Positions 27,936 to 38,438 of a stretch of 64,000 nucleotides of DNA are shown piece after piece. The notes beneath the pieces were generated by a model. That model was not told the origin of the DNA and did not search any database. It was given only the letters and a program-made list of their open reading frames with translations. The first letter of the stretch is position 1. Every line of letters begins with the position of its first letter. The position numbers and the translations under genes were made by a program. Source of the stretch: Candidatus Thorarchaeota archaeon (lineage in GTDB: Archaea; Asgardarchaeota; Thorarchaeia; Thorarchaeales; Thorarchaeaceae); the NCBI GenBank assembly GCA_019057475.1, contig DXJO01000010.1, forward strand, positions 43,460 to 107,459, read 5' to 3'.

Positions 27936-30851
27936 GTGAGTTCCATGGACTACGATTCCAGAAAAATCGAGAAGAAATGGCAGAAGCGTTGGACGAAAGA
28001 CGGGGTGTTTGAAGCAGACCCTGACCCTTCCCGACCTAAATTCTTCCTTACATGCCCCTATCCATACGTCAATGGTGCTCTGCACATTGGCCACGGTCGA
28101 ACCTACACAGTGGCTGACCTGATTGCCAGATACAACCGTATGCGCGGCTTCAACGTGCTGTTCCCAATGGCATCTCACATGACGGGCACGCCCATACAAG
28201 GGATGGTAGATAGAATCAAGTCTGGTGACCAAGTCGCAATGGAGCAATACAAGAGAGACCTTCGTTTGTATTTGGAAACAGAGGAGGAGGTCGAGGCGCA
28301 ACTGGCGAAGTTCATCGACCCATGGGTCACAGCCAGATTCTTTGCGAAGGCTATTCGCCAGGACTTTGATGCTTTGGGCTACAGCATCGACTGGCGAAGG
28401 AAATTCGCCACTGGTGATAAGACCTACAACCAGTTTGTCACCTGGCAATATCACAAGTTCATGGACAAAGGCTACATCAAGCAGGGTGACTATCCGCTAC
28501 TGTACTGCCCCAATGATGGTAACCCCGTTGGGGAGGATGACCTACTAGAGGGTGCGACAGCCAAGGTCAAGGAGTTCACTGCCATTAAGTTCGACTTCGA
28601 GGATGGATATCTGGTTGCTGCGACGCTCCGCCCGGAAACAATCTTCGGTGTCACAAACATGTGGATTCATCCAACTGAAGAGTACGTGTGGGCACTAGTC
28701 AACGGTGAGAAGTGGGTGGTTTCAAAGAAGGCTGTTAAGAAACTGAAGCTGCAGGCTAAGGAGGTGGAGGTTCTAGAAACCTTCCCCGGCTCGAAGATCA
28801 TTGGCAAGAGCTTCCAAGCGGTTCATGATGGCCATGATATTCCAATCTTTCCTGCTGAGTTCGTAGACCCGAATAACGCTACGGGCGTTGTGTATTCCGT
28901 GCCGGGACATGCTCCATTCGACTACATTGCATTGCGCGACCTGTGGGAAGATCCCTCTCCGTTGAAACCGTATGGCATATCAGCTGAAGAAGTTCGTGCG
29001 ATAGAAATCATCAGCATGATTGAAATGAAGGGCTACAGCGAGTTTCCTGCGAAGGATGCAGTCGAGTCCAGAAACATCAAGTCACAAGCTCAAGCGGAGG
29101 AACTGGAGGCCGCAACTCAGGAGATCTATAAAGCTGAGTTCTACGACGGGGTGATGAAGGACAACTGCATGCAGTTCTCCGGGCGAGAGATCAAAGATGT
29201 GAAGGAAGATGTGGTCAAATGGATGAAGTCGACGAACCACATTGATGTCTTCTACGAACCCGATGTTCGGCCTGTAGTCTGCAAGTGCGGAGCTGACGTA
29301 CAGATTGGAGTCTTTGCTGGACAGTGGTTCTTGGACTATGAGAGCACTGGGTGGAAGGACGAGGCATGGAAGGCTCTCAACTCGATGGACATTGTTCCAG
29401 AAACATTCAGAAACCTATTCGAGGCGACATTTGACTGGTTGGCACAGAGACCATGTGCAAGGAAACGGGGCATCGGTACAAAGCTGCCATTCGATGAGGA
29501 GTGGATAATCGAGTCGCTGTCAGATTCCACTATCTACATGGCGTTCTACACAATCTCTCACAAGATTACCGGGAATAAGCTGAAGCCAGAACAGCTGACA
29601 TTGAGTTTCTTTGACTATGTCTTCTTAGGAAAAGGCGGTATCAAGAAGACCGCGAAGGAAACCGGCATATCCGAAGATCTGTTGAAATCTATGCGTGACG
29701 AATTCGCTTACTGGTATCCCAATGATCAGAGACATACAGCTCCATCTCACATATCGAATCATCTGAGCTTTGCCATCTTCCATCATGTGGCCATATTCCC
29801 TGAGAAGCACTGGCTGAAGTGCATCAGCCTGAATGAGCACGTGAACCTGGAAGGCGCAAGGATGTCCAAGAGCAAGGGCAACGTCTTCCCTCTAGTGGAG
29901 ATCCCTCAGAAGTACGGTGCTGATGTCTACAGAACATACGCGGTTTCTGCGGCTGAGCCCGGCAGTCTGATGGACTGGCGCGAGCGTGATGTTCCAGCTG
30001 TGAGGAATCGGCTGCAAAGCTTCATGGAGATAATGCAGAAACACTCCACGAAAGAACCGAGAGTCTATCTGAAGAAGGACAAGCCAGCTGCAATCACTCG
30101 TTGGCTACTATCAAAGGTGAACTCGATTATTGAGTCATGCACTCAGAATCTGGATAACTTCAGGCTACGTGATTACGCAATAGCTGTTACATCTGAAATG
30201 ACACGAGCTGTAAACCACTACCTAAGACGGCCGGAGGTTCCCAAAGAGGAGCGTGAGGGAACATTGGCCTACGTATGTGATGTCTGGGTGCGGCTGGCGG
30301 CCCCTCTCATTCCTCACACCTGCGAGGAAGTCTGGTCCAAGATGGATCGAGATGGTTACATATCCTTAGCATCCTGGCCCAAACCAGACAAGAAACTGAT
30401 TGACCCGTCCATTGAAGTGGCTCATCAAGTCGTCTTGTCCACTATGCGTGACGTGAGGGAAATCATGAAACTCCTGAAGGACACCAAGGCGAAGAAGGTA
30501 CATGTCTATGTTGCGCCCGAATGGATGTTCCAAGCTCTGAATAGTGTCCGTGAGGCGGAGTTGCCAGTAATCGTGGGCACCATTATGAAACATCTAATGT
30601 CGAATCCCGACTTTAGGAAATATGGCAAGCAGGTGAAGAACATCGTTGATAGGGTTGCGAAGGAGAACGGCCTTTGGGACCACTCCTCAAGCGCTGCAGA
30701 TGAGATTGCGGTCCTGCTGGGCTCGGCAAACTACATGAGCGAAGAGCTGGGGCTTGAAGTAGTCATACAAAACTCGGAGAGTCCCGAATGCGACCCTCAG
30801 AATAAAGCACGGTTCGCACTGCCAGGACGGACATCGCTCTTCTTGGAGTAG
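27936..30851 (+). CDS. leuS: Leucyl-tRNA synthetase (archaeal/eukaryal type).
   Basis: HIGHGRTY and KMSKS motifs, CP1 editing domain, 971 aa. Confidence 0.9.
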   Translation: MSSMDYDSRKIEKKWQKRWTKDGVFEADPDPSRPKFFLTCPYPYVNGALHIGHGRTYTVADLIARYNRMRGFNVLFPMASHMTGTPIQGMVDRIKSGDQVAMEQYKRDLRLYLETEEEVEAQLAKFIDPWVTARFFAKAIRQDFDALGYSIDWRRKFATGDKTYNQFVTWQYHKFMDKGYIKQGDYPLLYCPNDGNPVGEDDLLEGATAKVKEFTAIKFDFEDGYLVAATLRPETIFGVTNMWIHPTEEYVWALVNGEKWVVSKKAVKKLKLQAKEVEVLETFPGSKIIGKSFQAVHDGHDIPIFPAEFVDPNNATGVVYSVPGHAPFDYIALRDLWEDPSPLKPYGISAEEVRAIEIISMIEMKGYSEFPAKDAVESRNIKSQAQAEELEAATQEIYKAEFYDGVMKDNCMQFSGREIKDVKEDVVKWMKSTNHIDVFYEPDVRPVVCKCGADVQIGVFAGQWFLDYESTGWKDEAWKALNSMDIVPETFRNLFEATFDWLAQRPCARKRGIGTKLPFDEEWIIESLSDSTIYMAFYTISHKITGNKLKPEQLTLSFFDYVFLGKGGIKKTAKETGISEDLLKSMRDEFAYWYPNDQRHTAPSHISNHLSFAIFHHVAIFPEKHWLKCISLNEHVNLEGARMSKSKGNVFPLVEIPQKYGADVYRTYAVSAAEPGSLMDWRERDVPAVRNRLQSFMEIMQKHSTKEPRVYLKKDKPAAITRWLLSKVNSIIESCTQNLDNFRLRDYAIAVTSEMTRAVNHYLRRPEVPKEEREGTLAYVCDVWVRLAAPLIPHTCEEVWSKMDRDGYISLASWPKPDKKLIDPSIEVAHQVVLSTMRDVREIMKLLKDTKAKKVHVYVAPEWMFQALNSVREAELPVIVGTIMKHLMSNPDFRKYGKQVKNIVDRVAKENGLWDHSSSAADEIAVLLGSANYMSEELGLEVVIQNSESPECDPQNKARFALPGRTSLFLE

Positions 30852-30859
30852 TCGATCTG

Positions 30860-31297
30860 TCAGGTCGTGTATCTTGCTACATTGTCCTTGAACCACTCTG
30901 GGACCTGGGCATCATCGACTCTATCAGATGAAGGCAAGTATGGTTTAATGTCAATAATGGGTGTTTTGTCAAAAGCGTCAATCTGGTCGATTCGGATTCG
31001 ATGGTTTGTATCATTAATACCCCTGACAGCTACTATTGAGATACCAATAGGGGTGGGCCGGGCAGGGGATCTAGTTGCGAATACGCCTGACAGTTCAGCA
31101 TTTGTCTTAGGAGGACGACCCCTCAGGTGAGAACGGTCTGCTGGATTGTCCCGTTCAGTAATCCACCAGAGCACGATGATGTGGGAGAACTTATCCAGCT
31201 GAAGTACAGCATCCCAATACTCCGGTTTGATTTCAAGATAGATTGAGTCGTCGTTCGTCTTCCTGACGGTTCCCACTACACTGGCACAGAGTTCCAT
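30860..31297 (-). CDS. tRNA methyltransferase TrmO/TsaA (YaeB family).
   Basis: GVFATRSPARPTPIG. Start placed at an internal Met (MELCASVVG) that fits the family N-terminus. The full ORF extends to 31408. Confidence 0.6.
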   Translation of the reverse strand: MELCASVVGTVRKTNDDSIYLEIKPEYWDAVLQLDKFSHIIVLWWITERDNPADRSHLRGRPPKTNAELSGVFATRSPARPTPIGISIVAVRGINDTNHRIRIDQIDAFDKTPIIDIKPYLPSSDRVDDAQVPEWFKDNVARYTT

Positions 31298-31418
31298 ATT
31301 GGACTTCACCTCGCTGCATGCAGGCGCACTCCCAGATGAATCAATTGGAATATCCCGGAATATTGATGATTCACAGATGCGAATCGGTGGGGTCCCAGTT
31401 CTTCTCAACGGAAACTAG

Positions 31419-31916
31419 CTAGACCAGCGGTCCTGCCTTCATCTTGAGTTTCTTGGCAGCTTCTTCCAAGGCATAGCCCTCAACAGACGGGGCGAGGCCT
31501 GTTTCTTCCAGTGGAATGACTAACCGCATTCCCCCTTTCTTTGAATAGGCACCAAGACCCACACTTGTGCCCACTTGGATAACCTTCTTCTTCCGGAAGA
31601 CCCGCTGGACTTTGAGAAAACCATCAGTGCAGGCAAGCACGATTATAGCTGTGGCGTCATTGTAGATTTCCTTTGTCGCCTTATGCTTCGTACGTTCACG
31701 AATCAGGGGGGGTTGGCAGCTAACGCCGACGAGTTCCTGACGGATGACGTTGAATCCATCCTTTTCAAGAGCTTCAGCAAGGGCCTTGAGATTCTTGCGT
31801 CCGCCAAGGTCGCAGTATTTCGTGCAGTCATTGCATGACCACACAACGATTTTGTCGTCCTTGTCAAGCTTCTCTTTCAGCTGTTCATAGTCGAGGCTAC
31901 GAAGCACTACAATCAA
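31419..31916 (-). CDS. CxxC-motif protein, paralog A (possibly MetV/zinc-finger-type redox partner).
   Basis: VVWSCNDCTKYC ... LACTDG. Paralogous to the next gene and overlaps it by 4 nt. Confidence 0.35.
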   Translation of the reverse strand: MIVVLRSLDYEQLKEKLDKDDKIVVWSCNDCTKYCDLGGRKNLKALAEALEKDGFNVIRQELVGVSCQPPLIRERTKHKATKEIYNDATAIIVLACTDGFLKVQRVFRKKKVIQVGTSVGLGAYSKKGGMRLVIPLEETGLAPSVEGYALEEAAKKLKMKAGPLV

Positions 31917-32311
31917 GATTCAACCCCCTCTGGTGTAACGACCTTCAACATTTCGTTCATGGCAGGCACTCCCAATGTTCTCACTCCTGCGACAACGGAG
32001 ATTTTGGGGAATTTCCGCTTGATTACGCTCCAACCCGCCCAACAGCCCAGACAGAGTATCTTATCGACATCGCTGGCCGGTTTCGCATAGTCGTAGTAGT
32101 CGAAATTGCAGCCAATGGTAAGCACAATCTCCTCCGCAACCTCAATTCCAACATCTTGCACAAGCTTCTGACTAATCTCTTCCATCAGCTTTGCTCCGCC
32201 AGCTTCTTGCGATCGTGTGCAAGTATTGCAGGTAACAATCGAAACTCGTTCTCCCTTCTTGAATTGAGCCTTGATCTTCTCATAGGGAACCGCTTCAACA
32301 GCACAGACCAA
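31913..32311 (-). CDS. CxxC-motif protein, paralog B.
   Basis: SIVTCNTCTRS ... LCLGCWAG. The layout is parallel to paralog A. Confidence 0.35.
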   Translation of the reverse strand: MVCAVEAVPYEKIKAQFKKGERVSIVTCNTCTRSQEAGGAKLMEEISQKLVQDVGIEVAEEIVLTIGCNFDYYDYAKPASDVDKILCLGCWAGWSVIKRKFPKISVVAGVRTLGVPAMNEMLKVVTPEGVES

Positions 32312-32313
32312 AT

Positions 32314-32805
32314 CTATCCCTCCTGGGGCAAGATGATTCTTCTTGCGTGCGTACCAGCGTTGTCAAGCCGCTTTGCAGTCGTTTCATGGTAGTCAGCTTC
32401 GAAGTCCGACAGCTCGCCAAAGACTAGCGCTTTTGAAGGGCAGACTTCCACACATGCGGGGTCTTTGCCAGCCTTCTGACGGTCGTAGCACATGTCGCAT
32501 TTCATGGTCTTCCGCGTCTTCTCATTGTAGATTGGAACCCCCCATGGACAAATCAATTCGCATGCACGACAACCGATGCACTTCTCATCGTCAATTAGCA
32601 CGATGCCATCTTCAATGTGGATTGCCTCAGTTGGACAGACCTTTTCGCAGGGAGCATCTTCACAATGTGCACAACGGAAAGGAACCGGAATTCCTTGGAA
32701 TTCATCCACATAGCACAATGATTCTCCATTCTCTCGGATACAGGCTTCGATGCATTCCTCACAGCCTAGGCAGCGATTCATGACTAGAAAGACATTTCGT
32801 GGCAT
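32314..32805 (-). CDS. 4x[4Fe-4S] ferredoxin-type protein (HycB/FwdF-like).
   Basis: Four CxxCxxCxxxCP-type motifs. Confidence 0.7.
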   Translation of the reverse strand: MPRNVFLVMNRCLGCEECIEACIRENGESLCYVDEFQGIPVPFRCAHCEDAPCEKVCPTEAIHIEDGIVLIDDEKCIGCRACELICPWGVPIYNEKTRKTMKCDMCYDRQKAGKDPACVEVCPSKALVFGELSDFEADYHETTAKRLDNAGTHARRIILPQEG

Positions 32806-32823
32806 TTTGGCACATCCAAGTTT

Positions 32824-33918
32824 CTAGGATTTTCTCCCCGTCGCCAGTGCGGGTTGAGCAACCTCCGCAATGGCCTGAGCAATCTTCTCGCGCTTGCACG
32901 TTGGACAGGTGGTGTACGGTTCGAAGGGAAGACTGAGTCCATCAATCGCCTTAACCGCCTCTTTCTCCGCAAGACGCTTTTTGAGATCCTCACCAAACGG
33001 AATTGGACTGAAGGGCTCTCCACAGACGGAGCATTTCTGCAATTCGACTTCCAAGTCCCAGAGAGGTTCCTCCTTCATGTACGATAACAATTCAAACCCT
33101 GGCACAATCTCAATGGCCTCTTGTGGACAGGCTTTTTCACATTCCTTGCACACAAGGCACTCAGTGTGAAGAGTTCCGTACTTGCGCTTGTCTTCTACGT
33201 CTTCAATGGAAATGACATCTTCAGGGCACACGCTATAGCACGCATAACATCCGATGCATTTGTCCGGGTCCCTCTTTGGAAAACCATAACCTTCCATGAC
33301 TTCTTCCGGTTCGAAAATCATGACCTTTTCTGGTTCATAGTCGACTCGTCTGGCGATTGAAACCAAGACCTCATGGATCTTGTGTTTCTTGGAAACTGTT
33401 TCATCCACATCCAGGTCAGTCAGGTCACTGACATCCTTCACTGGGGTGGGTCCAAGCTTCTCAATCTTATTTGTGAAATTCGCGATGACTTCTGCCCACT
33501 TCGCTCCTTCAGCTGCTGAAACATGTTCGAAGGTAATCCTATCTCCCAACCCCATCTCATCGAGTATCTTCTTGAAGAAGTCGAAGCGCTTCTTGGCGGC
33601 GATATTGCCCTCAACATAGTGACAGTCCCCAATGTGACAACCACTAATGAGAACACCATCTGCACCCATCTCAAGCGCTCGAAGCACAAACAATGGGTCA
33701 ATTCTGCCGGTGCAATTTACTCGTATAATCCGAACATTGGGGGGATGCTGTATCCTGCTTGTGCCTGCGAGGTCAGCTCCGGCGTAGGAGCACCAATTGC
33801 ACGTCAGAGCGAGAATCCTCGGAAAGAATTCCCCCTTCTTCTTTCCTTTCGATTTCGGGGCGGATGGAGTTTCTTTGCTCGTAACCGTCAAGATCAAAGG
33901 GGCCTCCGGATGCTTCAA
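32824..33918 (-). CDS. MvhD/FlpD-domain protein fused to ferredoxin domains.
   Basis: LTCNWCSYAGADLAG...CHIGDCHY MvhD signature, with all positions Cys. Two ferredoxin motifs and extra CxxC pairs follow. The start codon is TTG. Confidence 0.65.
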   Translation of the reverse strand: MKHPEAPLILTVTSKETPSAPKSKGKKKGEFFPRILALTCNWCSYAGADLAGTSRIQHPPNVRIIRVNCTGRIDPLFVLRALEMGADGVLISGCHIGDCHYVEGNIAAKKRFDFFKKILDEMGLGDRITFEHVSAAEGAKWAEVIANFTNKIEKLGPTPVKDVSDLTDLDVDETVSKKHKIHEVLVSIARRVDYEPEKVMIFEPEEVMEGYGFPKRDPDKCIGCYACYSVCPEDVISIEDVEDKRKYGTLHTECLVCKECEKACPQEAIEIVPGFELLSYMKEEPLWDLEVELQKCSVCGEPFSPIPFGEDLKKRLAEKEAVKAIDGLSLPFEPYTTCPTCKREKIAQAIAEVAQPALATGRKS

Positions 33919-34071
33919 GGCTCTTTTCGACTCTCCTATTAAGGTTCCTGATTACGGAGCGTTGCTCTCAAGTCGATTATTGGTTTCAACTTGTTAGCCG
34001 AGGAGAACAGTTTTATGCCCAGCCTAGGAATGCATCCATGAATACACGCTACTCGCACGGAGAGAAACGCT

Positions 34072-34308
34072 ATGATTATGGCATTCATAATGGCCAAGAT
34101 TGAATCTGCAAAAGCTCGAAGCATTCTGGAACATGTCAAAGAGATTGAGGAAGTAAAAGAAGCGTTTCTCATATATGGCGCATACGATCTCTTGCTCAAG
34201 GCAGTCTTCAAAACACCCGAGGCTCTTAGCTCCTTCGTAGTGGATACGTTGCGCAAGGTCGATGGGGTCAAGGACACCATAACCAACGTCTGCGCGACTT
34301 ACGACTAG
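34072..34308 (+). CDS. Stand-alone Lrp/AsnC C-terminal (RAM) domain protein.
   Basis: 78 aa with a beta-alpha-beta-beta-alpha-beta pattern typical of AsnC_trans_reg domains. Confidence 0.45.
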   Translation: MIMAFIMAKIESAKARSILEHVKEIEEVKEAFLIYGAYDLLLKAVFKTPEALSSFVVDTLRKVDGVKDTITNVCATYD

Positions 34309-34319
34309 AGGGATTTCCA

Positions 34320-34637
34320 GTGTCAGAAGTGCATAGTAGACGAGTCTACAAATTCAAGCCCCGTTGGGGGCATCAAGTTCATATGGGCGCAGCCGAGATA
34401 CGCGCTGCGGTTCTCAAGCTTGGCGAAGATGTGCTCGGCAGCCATTTCTCTGTGAGGATTGTATCTGAAGAGGAGAGCACGATAGAGGTACGATGCGAAG
34501 CGGCCACGGGTGCGATCGTGTACGAGATGGACTCGAAGATAATGTTCTCGATACTCAATTGGTGTGAGAAGGAGGACATTGACTTCAGCGTTGAAGAAAT
34601 GGACGCCATGACTCCTGACATGGATGATTACGTGTAG
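34320..34637 (+). CDS. Hypothetical protein.
   Basis: ORF only. Confidence 0.3.
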   Translation: MSEVHSRRVYKFKPRWGHQVHMGAAEIRAAVLKLGEDVLGSHFSVRIVSEEESTIEVRCEAATGAIVYEMDSKIMFSILNWCEKEDIDFSVEEMDAMTPDMDDYV

Positions 34638-34646
34638 ACTAGGGTC

Positions 34647-36539
34647 TCACTCGTCAGGAATCTCCATTCCACTGGCTTCTTCTACCAAACCAAGACGTTG
34701 CAGTGTAGATGCATACGGGATACCAGTTTCGTTGTCCCACCCACGCTTCAGATAGTACTCGTCCAACATCTGGTCCAGCTCAACTACTTCCCCCTTGGAT
34801 GGTCCAAGAGGCGCACCCTCTTTTGTCAGTCTGTCAGGAAGACAGTCATCAGCTCGTGTCACGCCACGTCTTGCATTGAATAGACGGTTCAGGTTTACGA
34901 TACGCTCCCCTATGGTCTGCAGGTCTGCTCTTGTGAACTCGAACCCATTGTGAACCTTCAGTGCAAGTGCTACATCCTCATAGTAGAACTCAGGAGGGAT
35001 TTGCGTTCCATACTTGCACAATCCTAGGCTCTCGACGACAACCATGAAGTCCTCACACTCTTTCACCATTATTCCCTTGTACTTAGGATTCAGACGTTCT
35101 GCCATCTCAGGGAGATACTCCTCTCCGAAGCGCTCCCTTATCTCATCATCAAAGCCGGCCTCATCTAGGACAGGGAATGCGTAGAGATGGTCCGCCCCCC
35201 TTGCCGCGGTGACTGCAGCAAGCCCCATGGACTTCTGAGCGCGCGGTTCTTGCCCTGCAATCTCTTGCTTTTTCACTGTCATCACAAACTTCTCGGTGCC
35301 TCGACCTATTTTCTCTGCGGCTCGTGCACTTCCTTCAGCAAGAACATCACCAAATCCCTCTCTGAAGGCAATCATCTTGATGAGCTTGACAATGGACTCA
35401 TGATTGCCCCACGAAAGGTCGATTCCATCTGTATCATCTGCCGTGAGTAGGCCCTCATCCCATGCCTCCATGGCCCAAGAGATGGTGCCACCCAAGGATA
35501 TCGTGTCCATTCCGTACTGATTGGCCAAATGATGACCAAAGAGGACTGACTCCAAGTTATCATTGCCACAACGGGAGCCCAGTGATGATTGAGTCTCAAA
35601 CTCTGGCGACCCGCCTACGTATTTGTACGGGCCTTCTTTGACGGAGGTATAGCGTGCACACCTTTGCAAGCAGCACCAGTCTGACCTTGGTTTCACAAGA
35701 TACTTCTCGGTGATTGTTTCGCCGCTTATCTTCTCATATCCCTCAAAGACCCCTTGACGCATGTTGTAGCTTGGCAGTCTCCCTATATGCTGCATCATCT
35801 CAACAAGATTAGTTGTTCCGTACTTCGCCCTTCCCGGAGTAAAGGGATTTGCCAGCATGCGACGATAGAATTCATCCATAGTATCCATGTACTTCTTGGG
35901 GTCTGCAACCTCAATCTTTCCCGCACCTCGCACACATATGGCCTTCAGCTTCTTTGAGCCCATCACCGCGCCAAGTCCAGAACGAGCGGAGGCACGGTCT
36001 CTATCATTCATCACTGCCGCAAAGCGGACAAGGTTCTCGCCTGCTTGCCCGATATAGATCAATCTGGCTCGCTTGCCGTGTCGCTTCCGCAGTATGTCAT
36101 CGGTCTCAAACACATCTCGGCCCCAGACATCATCAGCACTTAGGAGTTCCACAGTCGAGTCATTGATGTTCAAGTAGACTGGGTCTGGCGATGCTCCAGT
36201 GAAGAAAATGGCATCATAGCCTGCCAGCTTGAGTTCGGGTCCCCAGAACCCTGCCGCATGACTCTCTCCCCATACATCAGTGAGAGGCGAGAGAGCTGCA
36301 ACAACGTGTCGTGATGACTGCGGGAACATTGATGCTGTGAGCAATCCTGTGGCAAAGCCTAGGACATTCTCTGGTGAGAGTGGATCAATGTCAGTCGGAA
36401 TGGAGTCAAAGAGAACCTTTGAGAGATACCCCGCGCCAAGAAGGTACTTCTCTACAAGTTTCTTCTCAATAGGCCTCTTCTCAATCTCTCCTTTTGTTAG
36501 GTCCACCCAAATGACTTTACCACCTACTCCGTGAATCAT
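34647..36539 (-). CDS. aor: Tungsten-containing aldehyde:ferredoxin oxidoreductase (AOR family), copy 1.
   Basis: AOR_N and AOR C-terminal domains. Pterin-binding and EXXH/CxxxC cluster region present. 630 aa. Confidence 0.85.
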   Translation of the reverse strand: MIHGVGGKVIWVDLTKGEIEKRPIEKKLVEKYLLGAGYLSKVLFDSIPTDIDPLSPENVLGFATGLLTASMFPQSSRHVVAALSPLTDVWGESHAAGFWGPELKLAGYDAIFFTGASPDPVYLNINDSTVELLSADDVWGRDVFETDDILRKRHGKRARLIYIGQAGENLVRFAAVMNDRDRASARSGLGAVMGSKKLKAICVRGAGKIEVADPKKYMDTMDEFYRRMLANPFTPGRAKYGTTNLVEMMQHIGRLPSYNMRQGVFEGYEKISGETITEKYLVKPRSDWCCLQRCARYTSVKEGPYKYVGGSPEFETQSSLGSRCGNDNLESVLFGHHLANQYGMDTISLGGTISWAMEAWDEGLLTADDTDGIDLSWGNHESIVKLIKMIAFREGFGDVLAEGSARAAEKIGRGTEKFVMTVKKQEIAGQEPRAQKSMGLAAVTAARGADHLYAFPVLDEAGFDDEIRERFGEEYLPEMAERLNPKYKGIMVKECEDFMVVVESLGLCKYGTQIPPEFYYEDVALALKVHNGFEFTRADLQTIGERIVNLNRLFNARRGVTRADDCLPDRLTKEGAPLGPSKGEVVELDQMLDEYYLKRGWDNETGIPYASTLQRLGLVEEASGMEIPDE

Positions 36540-37027
36540 TGCAAATCCTCCTTTGAGTAGAGTTCCTCGCTATGTTCATCATGCAGTGCCCATATCTCGC
36601 CGTCGGGGTCTCTCTCTTCGAGTTCCCTCATTGTGGTCATCCATATGGCATCAACCGGACAGCGCTTGATGCACTCATCACACTGAATGCATTTGATAGC
36701 CTTCTCTGTGTCAGGATTAATCCGGATTGCATTGTACGGACATGCTTCGACACAGGAGCCGGAGCCAGTGCATTTCTTGTTGTTGACAATCACAATGCCC
36801 TTCGAGGTGCGCGATAGGGCTTCCTCCGGGCACGCATCAATGCAGGGAGCATCTTCGCAGTTTCTGCAGAAGAGGGTGAAATCTAAGCCTGGTTCAATGC
36901 GCACAGCTCTTACTCGAGACCGCTCTGGGCTTATCACCTTGAGGTAGCGCATGCTACACACATTGACACATATCATACAACCAGTGCATACTCGTGGATC
37001 TCCAATTACGAACTTCAAGTCGACCAT
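36536..37027 (-). CDS. Polyferredoxin (4x[4Fe-4S]), partner of AOR copy 1.
   Basis: Four Cys clusters. Overlaps AOR by 4 nt. Confidence 0.75.
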   Translation of the reverse strand: MVDLKFVIGDPRVCTGCMICVNVCSMRYLKVISPERSRVRAVRIEPGLDFTLFCRNCEDAPCIDACPEEALSRTSKGIVIVNNKKCTGSGSCVEACPYNAIRINPDTEKAIKCIQCDECIKRCPVDAIWMTTMRELEERDPDGEIWALHDEHSEELYSKEDLQ

Positions 37028-37030
37028 ATG

Positions 37031-38395
37031 CTACACCTCAAAGGGCTTGTTTCCTTCTCCCATCGCCAAGAACCGCCCGTGGCCTGGCTTCACTGTTGTT
37101 CGATCCTCATGAAATACTTGAGTCCCTCTCACGAAGGTCATGGTTGGCACTCCCTTCATTTCCATTCCCTCGTAGAGTGTCCAGCCACACTTTGAAAACA
37201 TCATGTCTGAGGTTATCTTCTCCTCTTTCGTGACATCTACGATGACGAAGTCTGCATCAGACCCGACCTGTAGTATCCCCTTCTTTGGATACAGGCCGAA
37301 TATCTTTGCAGGCTTTCGAGAGGTCACATCGAGCAGCCTTGAGAACGAGAGCCTGCCTCTATTGATTCCCTCTGAGAGGAGAATTCTGAGTATCATTTGG
37401 ATCCCATCCGCTCCTGCCCAGGCTTCCCTGATATCATCATTTCCTGCCTCCTTCTTCTCAATAGGACACGGGGCATGATCGCTGACCGTCATATCGATGA
37501 TTCCACGGAGAAGCGCCGACCAAAGCGCGGCTCGGTCAACTTTCGACCTCAGTGGCGGGTTCATCTTACTCTTGGGACCCAGTATATTCATCTCATCGCG
37601 CTGGAATACTAGGTGATGTGGACACACTTCGGTTGTGACCTTCACGCCTCCCAGCTTTCCACGTTCAACTTCACTTATGCCCTCTCGCGTGGTGATATGC
37701 GCAACGTGCAGATGGCCTCCTGTCTGGTGAGCAATCCCAACCACCTGGCGTACAGCAAGACTCTCTGCAATGTTAGGTCTGGACAATGCATGACTCACTG
37801 GGGCATCCCGGTCCCCTTCTAGGTCTCTACCAAACTCATCCAAGATCCCTTGGTCTTCAGAGTGCACTGTGATGTGACCGCCATGCTCAGAGACCTCACT
37901 GAGGAGACGGACAATCACTCCTGCATTGGTTTCATATGGTTCACACGTGAATGCCTTGAACCCAGCGATTCCCTTCCCAATCATCAGAGGGACGATTGGT
38001 ACATTTTCGGAGTTCATCATTCCAGCATAGAATGAGAAATCTATGATGGACATGGACTCGCCTTGACAGATTTTTTCCTCCACAGTTTTAACTAAATCGA
38101 CTTGGCTTGTGAGAGGCATGTCTATGACCGTAGTGACACCGCCAGCTGCAGCAGCTCTAGAGCCAGTGGTGAAGTCTTCATGGTCAAGCATCTTAGGGTC
38201 GTGCAGGTGGGCATGTCCATCTATCAGCCCAGGCATCAAGACTTTTCCTTCGGCATCTATGACTGTGTCAGCGTTTGGAAGATGCTCGTCGGTTGCTATG
38301 GCACAAATCTTGCCACCATTGACGCCAAGTCCCCCTCGTATGAGGCCTGACTCAAGAAGCAATCTTGCATTTTTGACAACAAGATCCACAGGCAC
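37031..38395 (-). CDS. Cyclic amidohydrolase (dihydropyrimidinase/allantoinase/dihydroorotase family).
   Basis: PGLIDGHAHLHDP metal site, carboxylated-Lys region, 454 aa. Confidence 0.7.
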   Translation of the reverse strand: MPVDLVVKNARLLLESGLIRGGLGVNGGKICAIATDEHLPNADTVIDAEGKVLMPGLIDGHAHLHDPKMLDHEDFTTGSRAAAAGGVTTVIDMPLTSQVDLVKTVEEKICQGESMSIIDFSFYAGMMNSENVPIVPLMIGKGIAGFKAFTCEPYETNAGVIVRLLSEVSEHGGHITVHSEDQGILDEFGRDLEGDRDAPVSHALSRPNIAESLAVRQVVGIAHQTGGHLHVAHITTREGISEVERGKLGGVKVTTEVCPHHLVFQRDEMNILGPKSKMNPPLRSKVDRAALWSALLRGIIDMTVSDHAPCPIEKKEAGNDDIREAWAGADGIQMILRILLSEGINRGRLSFSRLLDVTSRKPAKIFGLYPKKGILQVGSDADFVIVDVTKEEKITSDMMFSKCGWTLYEGMEMKGVPTMTFVRGTQVFHEDRTTVKPGHGRFLAMGEGNKPFEV

Positions 38396-38438
38396 TTCTT
38401 GTTCTCATCTCCAAATCTGATTGTGAAGCCGCGCCAAG

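Noticed and set aside
32824-33918. MvhD-domain protein as a VhuD-type selenoprotein.
   Set aside because: All conserved positions are Cys. The ORF is continuous and ends in TAG.
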